This document shows, one piece after another, positions 57,579 to 64,000 of a DNA stretch of 64,000 bases. Position 1 is the stretch's first letter. Every line of letters starts with the position of its first letter. Source of the DNA: a virus; the IMG/VR virus record IMGVR_UViG_3300047157_000105, positions 32,001 to 96,000 of that record. One strand, written 5' to 3'. The position numbers were made by a program, and so were the translations under genes. Under the pieces are notes generated by a model that made no database searches, was not told where the DNA came from, and was given only the letters and a program-made list of their open reading frames with translations.

Positions 57579-57739
57579 AAAGATCAAAAGAAGTGCAAGA
57601 CTTTATTGATGCTAACCCTGATAAGTTCAGGGTTGTATCACCTGAGGAGACTGCCAAGACTTTGCAAAAGCAAAGTGGCGGTTATTTCAAAGGTCAATCA
57701 GTGATGGGTCCATCTAAAAAGAAAGGCAAATCATCGTGA
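57566..57739 (+). CDS. hypothetical protein, 57 aa (not in ORF track)
   Basis: SD AGGAG; MASIKRSKEVQDFIDANP…. Confidence 0.55.
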   Translation: MASIKRSKEVQDFIDANPDKFRVVSPEETAKTLQKQSGGYFKGQSVMGPSKKKGKSS

Positions 57740-57797
57740 AGAATTTCATTATTATAATGTTAGTTATTATCAATTTTATTATTTGGAGTCAAGTATA

Positions 57798-58037
57798 ATG
57801 TGGATTAAAGAATCAAAGCGTAAGACAATTGACACACTCGAAGGTATTCGTTTAAGATCAGCCAGACTATGGTTAGACAAAGATGGATTCCATCCTTTTT
57901 TAGATCAAGATGATCTTACTAAACCTGACTTACAGAAATCCATGGGCTGTAAGTATGATGAATTACCTAAGGAAGCTTGGGATACTATGGACAGATATGA
58001 TGAAGCATTAGCTAAAGGGAGTATATATGCCACGTGA
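57798..58037 (+). CDS. hypothetical protein
   Basis: SD GGAG before ATG 57798. Confidence 0.55.
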   Translation: MWIKESKRKTIDTLEGIRLRSARLWLDKDGFHPFLDQDDLTKPDLQKSMGCKYDELPKEAWDTMDRYDEALAKGSIYAT

Positions 58038-58620
58038 GATAAAAGATAAAGTAATATTAACTGACTGCGATGGAGTTCTCCTCGATTGGGAATTTCATTT
58101 TTATCGTTGGTTAGAAAAGACTGAAGGTCTACATAGACTTGGTGATGAATATAATGTTGCCAAAGCGGTTGGAGTTGCACAGAAAACTGGTGCAAGGTAT
58201 GTCAACTTGTTCAACAGATCAGAAGAAATGAAGAAGCTATCACCATTACGTGATGCGATTAAATATGTCCGCAAGCTGCATGAAGAGCATGGATATATTT
58301 TCCATGTCATTACTTCACAAACTAATTGCAAGCTTGCACAAGAATATCGTAAAGAGAACTTGCGCAATGTATTTGGTGATGTGTTCGAAGGGTTTACTAT
58401 TCTCAATACTGGTCAAGACAAAGATGAAGTCTTAGTCAATGATTGGGGTGGATCAGAATGTTGGTGGATAGAAGATAAAGGCGCGAACATTAAAATGGGT
58501 AATGATGCTAGTTTAAGGAGTATCATTATCGATCATGCATGGAATAGAGATTGTGAATATGACTGTTATCGTGCAAGAAATTGGAAAGATGTTTATAATA
58601 TAATTGAGGGAATAGTATAA
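58027..58620 (+). CDS. HAD-family 5'-nucleotidase-like phosphatase
   Basis: DCDGVL, ITS, WIEDK. Confidence 0.85.
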   Translation: MPREIKDKVILTDCDGVLLDWEFHFYRWLEKTEGLHRLGDEYNVAKAVGVAQKTGARYVNLFNRSEEMKKLSPLRDAIKYVRKLHEEHGYIFHVITSQTNCKLAQEYRKENLRNVFGDVFEGFTILNTGQDKDEVLVNDWGGSECWWIEDKGANIKMGNDASLRSIIIDHAWNRDCEYDCYRARNWKDVYNIIEGIV

Positions 58621-58835
58621 TGATAGTAACAGCTGAAAATAGAGAACAACACTTTAGATCAAAGAACCAATTTTATGTTGCTGGTTGGGTAGCGAATGAA
58701 CAATGTGAACTACCACAATCTTTACCAGAATCTTGTAGAGATAATCCAGTTATTGCCAAGCAGTATGAAGATTACATTGCTGGCTATGGAGATTGCGTTG
58801 CGAATATCGAATGTTTGAGTGCTGAGATTGTATAA
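58620..58835 (+). CDS. hypothetical protein
   Basis: Coupled ORF. Confidence 0.55.
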   Translation: MIVTAENREQHFRSKNQFYVAGWVANEQCELPQSLPESCRDNPVIAKQYEDYIAGYGDCVANIECLSAEIV

Positions 58836-58863
58836 ATAACCCTATATCACACAGGATAATTTA

Positions 58864-59034
58864 ATGTCGACGACAGAGAAGTTACAAGCGCTTGAAGATC
58901 ATGTTAAGCGTATGGGTATGATGGGGCAGTGGTATCAAAGATATGACATATCTGAGTCTGCTGAAAAATCAAAGAAGATTATTAGAGAATTAAAAAGTGA
59001 ATTGGACCCACCATGTGGTATGAGTAGAAAATAG
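58864..59034 (+). CDS. hypothetical protein, 56 aa (late promoter 58831-58838; not in ORF track)
   Basis: SD AGGA; open frame. Confidence 0.55.
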   Translation: MSTTEKLQALEDHVKRMGMMGQWYQRYDISESAEKSKKIIRELKSELDPPCGMSRK

Positions 59035-59048
59035 AATGGGAGGTAACC

Positions 59049-59357
59049 ATGGCGTTACTCGAAGATATAGTTGATTTTTGTAAGAAGGAATTGAGTATTC
59101 CTCAAGAGATTTTAGTATCTGTTGAGGTTGAAGATATATCAGAAGATAATGTTAAAGGTTGGACCACTGATTCTGCAGAAGATGATGAGTATGATATTGA
59201 GATTGATACAGGTCTTAGTTTCAAAGAGACTATCTTAACCTTGTGCCACGAGATGGTACATGTCCAACAACTACACGAACGTCGTGAGCTTGATGAAAAT
59301 GAAGCTTACGAAAAAGAGAGTGTATTATATAAAAAGTATATAAATAACACTCAGTAG
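59049..59357 (+). CDS. small zincin-like metallopeptidase
   Basis: TLCHEMVHVQQ…ENEAY. Confidence 0.75.
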   Translation: MALLEDIVDFCKKELSIPQEILVSVEVEDISEDNVKGWTTDSAEDDEYDIEIDTGLSFKETILTLCHEMVHVQQLHERRELDENEAYEKESVLYKKYINNTQ

Positions 59358-59409
59358 CTAATCCCTACTCAAAAAAGGATATTTTTGTTTAAATAAAAAG
59401 GAAAGTAAT

Positions 59410-60168
59410 ATGTTTAAAAAACTACTAGTCGCGACGGCGGCAATGGCAGTATCCGCAACTTCGCTTGCAGGTATTAGTCTTTCGGGTTTGTATGAGGGTA
59501 CACTAGATTCACACGGTACATACTCTCAAGACATTCATACTACAATGAAGGGAACTGCAGGTGCGTCAAGCGTAACCGTTGTTCTTGATAAAGATTTCAG
59601 CGTAGATGATATGTATGTAGAGAGCACAGCTGGTGTTCTTACTCTAAAAATTGGTGACTGGTCAGGAGATGATCCTGATGTAACAAAGATTGGTGTAACA
59701 ACTACTCTTGGTGCATACACAGTTGGCCTTAGCCAAGTAAGTGGTGGTTCTACTGAGATTGACGCAAGTGGAACAATTGGTGGTATCGCAGTTGCAGTAA
59801 CTAATGTTGCAAGTGAAGAAAGAGAAACTACCGCATCAATTACATCTGCTGGTGTATCAGCTAAAGTTGTACACAATAAAGTCACAGCAGGACACAATTC
59901 AGAAATTACGGTTGGTACAACTGTAATGGGATTAGGTCTTGAAGCAGTTATGGATAGAAATGCTGGAGCAACGAATGACAATGAATTTTCAGTCTCTCGT
60001 GCTGTTGGTACTCTAGGTACTGTTAAAGGTATTTGGAATAAAACAGATGCAGCAACTCCTGTTACTACAAAGACTGTCGAGTTAACTCGTGGTATTTGGA
60101 CAGGTTCTTGGGCACAAGTTGATAGCGCAGACGCTACAGTTAAGCTTGAGGCAAAACTATCGTTCTAA
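59410..60168 (+). CDS. porin-like outer-membrane beta-barrel protein (late promoter 59339-59346)
   Basis: Signal peptide MFKKLLVATAAMAVSATSLA; alternating beta strands; C-terminal Phe (AKLSF). Confidence 0.8.
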   Translation: MFKKLLVATAAMAVSATSLAGISLSGLYEGTLDSHGTYSQDIHTTMKGTAGASSVTVVLDKDFSVDDMYVESTAGVLTLKIGDWSGDDPDVTKIGVTTTLGAYTVGLSQVSGGSTEIDASGTIGGIAVAVTNVASEERETTASITSAGVSAKVVHNKVTAGHNSEITVGTTVMGLGLEAVMDRNAGATNDNEFSVSRAVGTLGTVKGIWNKTDAATPVTTKTVELTRGIWTGSWAQVDSADATVKLEAKLSF

Positions 60169-60194
60169 CTTAGGTATGGTACTCTAAGTAACTT

Positions 60195-60227
60195 GGGGGA
60201 CTTTCCTTATTAGGTCCCCCATCCTTT
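60195..60227 (+). terminator. terminator-like hairpin after porin gene
   Basis: GGGGGAC…GTCCCCC stem. Confidence 0.7.
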
Positions 60228-60243
60228 AAATAATGGAGACGTC

Positions 60244-60477
60244 ATGGAATATAATAATACAAAACTAATGAGCGAACACTATAAAGATGATGGTAGTGTT
60301 GCAAAGATTTATCAAGTAGTAACAGGAATGGATGGAGAACATTCGTTCTTTTCAATAACATACAAAGATCCAGCCGGTAATCGTATTATGCAAGAAGATT
60401 TTCCGTATAAAGCTTTAGGCTATGTGGAAGATGCTGCAGAGAACTGGACTAAGGGTATCAAATTATTAAAGGGTTAA
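60244..60477 (+). CDS. hypothetical protein
   Basis: YVEDAAENW motif; SD GGAG. Confidence 0.65.
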   Translation: MEYNNTKLMSEHYKDDGSVAKIYQVVTGMDGEHSFFSITYKDPAGNRIMQEDFPYKALGYVEDAAENWTKGIKLLKG

Positions 60478-60479
60478 AT

Positions 60480-60725
60480 ATGGCAGATTTCGATTTTGGT
60501 TTTACTCTTGTAGATGAAGATGAATTAGAAGTTGCACAACAAGCAGTAACAGCAACGGCTTCAGCAGATAACACACAAGACAAACTAGACAAACTATATA
60601 ATGCTATCGGACCATTACTCAATAACTTAAAGGCTAATCCTGAGAAGGAATATATTAAATGGCCTAATCGTGTTGAGAAGGTAGAGGCATTTGAAACACA
60701 CATACAAAAAATTTACAAAGGTTAG
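60480..60725 (+). CDS. conserved phage hypothetical protein
   Basis: DFDFGFT…LKANPEKEYIKWPNR. Confidence 0.7.
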   Translation: MADFDFGFTLVDEDELEVAQQAVTATASADNTQDKLDKLYNAIGPLLNNLKANPEKEYIKWPNRVEKVEAFETHIQKIYKG

Positions 60726-60788
60726 TATGTACTTTACACACTATCTATGTTATAATATATCTAACACACACTAAATAGGATTTACATT

Positions 60789-61175
60789 ATGGCAAAACGT
60801 AAGATGAGTGAAGAGCAAAGAGCAGCCGCAGCGGCTAATCTAGCAAAGGCAAGAGCAGCAAAGAAACCTGCTGCATATAAAAGTATTGCAGCTAATGTTG
60901 TTGCACTAGATGATGACCACGGTTTATCTCTAGTTAACGTAAAGAGATATATCAAAGCAACCACAGAAAAAATGGCAGCATTAAGACGTGGTATCCAAAC
61001 TGGTGAGAGAGGTGCAATTGCTAAGTATGAATCGGCAAGAGTATACAAAAACCATTGTCAAACATATTTAAGAGAAGGTGTATGGTCTCTTGATTTCTAT
61101 GGTGAAGATGAAGAGAAGCCTATTTATTGGGCTACACTTGTTCCAGCTTATGACAAAGATGGGAATCAAAAATGA
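60789..61175 (+). CDS. hypothetical protein (promoter 60728-60756)
   Basis: KRKMSEEQRAAAAANLAKARAAK N-terminus. Confidence 0.7.
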   Translation: MAKRKMSEEQRAAAAANLAKARAAKKPAAYKSIAANVVALDDDHGLSLVNVKRYIKATTEKMAALRRGIQTGERGAIAKYESARVYKNHCQTYLREGVWSLDFYGEDEEKPIYWATLVPAYDKDGNQK

Positions 61176-61402
61176 GTGAGGATCTAAATAAGAAAGCATT
61201 CTCAGGTTTAGTTGAAACATATGTGCGTACTCACAGAGGCTGTCAATACATGGATGCTGTCATAACAGTATGTGAGGACAACGAGATCGATCTTAGGGAC
61301 AGTAAAAAACTGATCTCAAAGGAAATAGTTGACCACATTGAGTATGAAGCAAAGAAACTTAATCTACTGCAAGGTGGACATTCAGCAATGTTGCCTATAT
61401 GA
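61172..61402 (+). CDS. gp33: late transcription coactivator
   Basis: YMDAVITVCE…IEYEAKKLNLL; upstream of gp59. Confidence 0.88.
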   Translation: MSEDLNKKAFSGLVETYVRTHRGCQYMDAVITVCEDNEIDLRDSKKLISKEIVDHIEYEAKKLNLLQGGHSAMLPI

Positions 61403-61977
61403 GAATGACAGGATATGAGGCCTTCACATTACATAACGCAATTAACCTCCACTTTAATGGATCTTACGATTGCTTTAAGTATAATTTTAAAACTAACGTA
61501 ACTGAAAAGACGTATTGGAAAAGGCCAGATAAATTTCAGTTAACAAAGATTGGTAAAAGGTTTAAGAGTAAAGATGATATTATTATGTACTTTGCTGCAC
61601 ATCAAGTAGCAGGTAATAAGTATAGTGGTGATATGATCAGAGACGAAGAGACTTATACCAAGTTCCTAAAAGTTATAGATAGTATGTCTTATGTATTTAG
61701 GAATGAGCTAGAACAGATTTCAGATGTAAAGTTTGATGATCTCTTGGAGATAGAAGAAACATATCCAAGAATTGTCCAGCTTCATCTCGAAGGCACGGTT
61801 TCATTAGAGACTGTGTGTATCATAAACCGCTTGACTGGGTTTATTGATAGGGCAAACAAACAGATCACAGAAACTATTCTATGGCCTGATTTGTTTAATA
61901 AGATATCAAAGTATCAATCTTTCTTAAAGTTTGATGACAATAAGTTTAAAAAGATTATTGTTGATATCTTTAAATAA
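61399..61977 (+). CDS. gp59: helicase loader
   Basis: LHFNGSYDCFKYN; VSLETV; synteny gp33-59-32. Confidence 0.9.
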   Translation: MRMTGYEAFTLHNAINLHFNGSYDCFKYNFKTNVTEKTYWKRPDKFQLTKIGKRFKSKDDIIMYFAAHQVAGNKYSGDMIRDEETYTKFLKVIDSMSYVFRNELEQISDVKFDDLLEIEETYPRIVQLHLEGTVSLETVCIINRLTGFIDRANKQITETILWPDLFNKISKYQSFLKFDDNKFKKIIVDIFK

Positions 61978-61980
61978 GTA

Positions 61981-62008
61981 TGTACTTTTAGCAAAAGTAT
62001 GTTATAAT
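61981..62008 (+). promoter_or_regulatory. early/middle promoter of gp32, followed by mini-ORF MIQIYTNN* (62014-62040)
   Basis: TGTACT-N16-TATAAT. Confidence 0.8.
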
Positions 62009-62052
62009 ATACAATGATACAAATTTATACTAATAATTAAAGGAGATGTACA

Positions 62053-62940
62053 ATGAGTTTTGCAGACTTAAAGGCGAAAGCTAATGACATGAGCGCATTA
62101 GTTGGTGCGGCCGGAACAGGCACCACAGAGAAGAAATCATATGGCGACGATCGTATGTGGAAACCCACGGTAGATAAAGCAGGTAACGGTTATGCTGTTA
62201 TTCGTTTCTTACCGACTGTTGAAGGTGATGACTTACCTTGGGCAAAGTATTGGGACCACTTCTTTCAAGGACCGACTGGACAATGGTATGTTGAGAAATC
62301 ACTTACTACTATTCAGAAGGACGATCCAGTATCTGAAATGAATTCTAAACTTTGGAATACAGGTATTGAAGCTGACAAAGATTTAGCACGTAAGCGTAAG
62401 CGTAGATTACATTATGTGTCAAACATCTATGTGGTTTCGGATCCTGAGAATCCTGAAAACGAAGGTAAAGTATTTCTATATACTTACGGTGCTAAGATCT
62501 TTGAGAAGATTATGGATAGCATGCAACCTAAGTTTCAAGATGAAACACCAGTTAACCCATTTGATATGTGGAAAGGTGCTAACTTTAAAATGAAGATCGC
62601 TAATGTTGCTGGTTACAGGAACTATGACAGATCTGAATTTGCTCCTGCTGAAGCCTTGAATGCCGATGATTCTGTGCTCGAAGGTATCTACAACAAGCAG
62701 TATGCACTAAGTGAGTTTACTGATCCATCATCATTTAAATCTTACAGTGAACTTAATCTTAAGTTGACACGTGTGTTAGGTGAGGAAGTAAAGATGGCAG
62801 CACCAGAAGATGATGCTCCATTTAATGATGCACCTGCAATGTCTGATCCTGTTGCAACAGCCGCTGATCCAGTAGCCAGAGCTGATTCGGACAATGATGA
62901 TACTATGAGTTATTTTGCTAAACTAGCAGCTGAAGCTTAA
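62053..62940 (+). CDS. gp32: single-stranded DNA-binding protein
   Basis: DKAGNGYAVIRFLP, GANFKMKI, NYDRSEF, acidic tail. Confidence 0.98.
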   Translation: MSFADLKAKANDMSALVGAAGTGTTEKKSYGDDRMWKPTVDKAGNGYAVIRFLPTVEGDDLPWAKYWDHFFQGPTGQWYVEKSLTTIQKDDPVSEMNSKLWNTGIEADKDLARKRKRRLHYVSNIYVVSDPENPENEGKVFLYTYGAKIFEKIMDSMQPKFQDETPVNPFDMWKGANFKMKIANVAGYRNYDRSEFAPAEALNADDSVLEGIYNKQYALSEFTDPSSFKSYSELNLKLTRVLGEEVKMAAPEDDAPFNDAPAMSDPVATAADPVARADSDNDDTMSYFAKLAAEA

Positions 62941-62959
62941 GAGTTAATCAGTTATTGAG

Positions 62960-62983
62960 AAGGGGACGAAAGTCCCCTTTTTT
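62960..62983 (+). terminator. Rho-independent terminator between convergent genes
   Basis: AAGGGGAC-GAAA-GTCCCCTT + T run. Confidence 0.88.
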
Positions 62984-62991
62984 AGTAGCTA

Positions 62992-63999
62992 CTATGGGTA
63001 CGCGAGCATATCACTGGTAACGCCTTCAAAAACAGAGCGCAGCTGATAACCATGAACATGCGTGTGATTATTTGTAATCATATCTCCACTATTTCCAGTA
63101 ATAATTGTTGTAGGTCCTCTTGTACCTCCAGATCCAAGAGATTGTAGTCTTTCCTTTTCTTCTACTTTTAAATTAGAAAATAAATCACCATCTCTATCTC
63201 TAGATAATATGTCATTTACTCCGGCAGAATTAAGAATACCAGCAAGCTCATCTACATTCCATCCTAAAAACCCTAACTGCTTTATTAGTTTATCTCTTTG
63301 ACTAGCAGTTTTTGCTTTCATTAATTCTTTAATTTTTGCAATAGCTTTATTTTTTCTATCAGCACTAGAAAAAGCTCCATTGTTCCTATCAGGTGCTAAT
63401 AGTCTAGCAAGTTCATCATTACTATTTGGACCAATTAAATCTGTAGTGTCTGCAGCCACATCATTTATCATTGTGTCTAGAGCTGCTTCAGCTTCTTCTT
63501 CATTTTGTGCATACGACTTCATAGCCCAACTACCTAATTCCCATGCAACCCATGCTCCAAATCCCCAAGGACCCATAAATCTTAATAGGCCTCTTCCAGT
63601 TAAAGATAAACCTCTTTTAAATCCTGGATTAGAATATAATCTTCCGCGTAAACTATTTTTAGGTGCATTTTTATATGTTGTTCTTAATTTATCTCCTACT
63701 TGTTTAGCCACATTTTGAACGATTGTGGCTCTCGATAATAAGGATGCAGTACCTGCCATTATAAACATGTTATCTATACTTTTAGAAAATGCACCTTGTC
63801 CTGGTAAATCAGGTAAATCTTCAGGCGGTAAGACATCACTAGTTAACTCTACATCATTCATCTCTTCGCCGTCATCAGAATTTGCTATACCTAAGAACGA
63901 ACCTGCTAATAGAGTTGCTAAAACAAGCGGCCATCTTCTTGGATTACCTAACATTCCTAGCATTTTCTTTGATAATCTATAGCCTTTAAATATTTTTAA
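62992..63999 (-). CDS. C-terminal part of a probable structural gene (baseplate hub/tape-measure-like), truncated by window
   Basis: Frame stays open to the window end; Gly/Ala hydrophobic segments; convergent with gp32 as in T4-like baseplate clusters. Confidence 0.5.
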   Translation of the reverse strand, partial: LKIFKGYRLSKKMLGMLGNPRRWPLVLATLLAGSFLGIANSDDGEEMNDVELTSDVLPPEDLPDLPGQGAFSKSIDNMFIMAGTASLLSRATIVQNVAKQVGDKLRTTYKNAPKNSLRGRLYSNPGFKRGLSLTGRGLLRFMGPWGFGAWVAWELGSWAMKSYAQNEEEAEAALDTMINDVAADTTDLIGPNSNDELARLLAPDRNNGAFSSADRKNKAIAKIKELMKAKTASQRDKLIKQLGFLGWNVDELAGILNSAGVNDILSRDRDGDLFSNLKVEEKERLQSLGSGGTRGPTTIITGNSGDMITNNHTHVHGYQLRSVFEGVTSDMLAYP

Positions 64000-64000
64000 T

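Noticed and set aside
710-63982. Numerous - strand and alternate-frame ORFs in the track (e.g. 7093-7704, 44018-44410, 59535-59981, 63380-63718)
   Set aside because: They are shadows of well-supported genes on the opposite strand or frame, with no SD, promoter or recognisable motif.

Overview
A 64-kb segment of a T4-like (Tevenvirinae/Kyanoviridae-grade) marine-type myovirus genome, almost all on the + strand. It covers packaging and head/tail genes (gp16-gp23, gp3), recombination and replication genes (uvsY, uvsW, gp55, gp47/46, gp45/44/62, regA, gp43, uvsX, gp41, rnh, gp33, gp59, gp32), nrdA/B and glutaredoxin. Host-like accessory genes (iscU, iscA, hsp20, a porin-like beta-barrel, nucleotide-sugar enzymes, radical SAM genes) suggest a proteobacterial host; this is inference. 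Main unexplained systems: (1) a circularly permuted two-piece tmRNA gene (~51708-51995) directly behind two small membrane-protein ORFs; (2) a probable new cytosine hypermodification pathway: a dCMP-type hydroxymethylase with Nmad1, an aGPT-Pplase-like HhH protein, a PLP enzyme and a GDSH protein at the T4 gp42/beta-gt locus, plus uronic-acid sugar enzymes at the T4 alpha-gt locus; (3) a late operon whose kinase, nuclease-like, ligase-like and nucleotidyltransferase products carry N-termini resembling the T4 capsid-targeting sequence. Regulation is clearly visible: about 20 TGTACW-N16/17-TATAAT promoters (several giving leaderless mRNAs or leaderless mini-ORFs), TATAAATA late promoters, a 35-bp cassette in three identical copies, and a ROSE-like thermometer. 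gp17 and gp43 each carry a single-base frameshift at a homopolymer, probably a sequencing error. All calls come from reading motifs and synteny; no database search was run.
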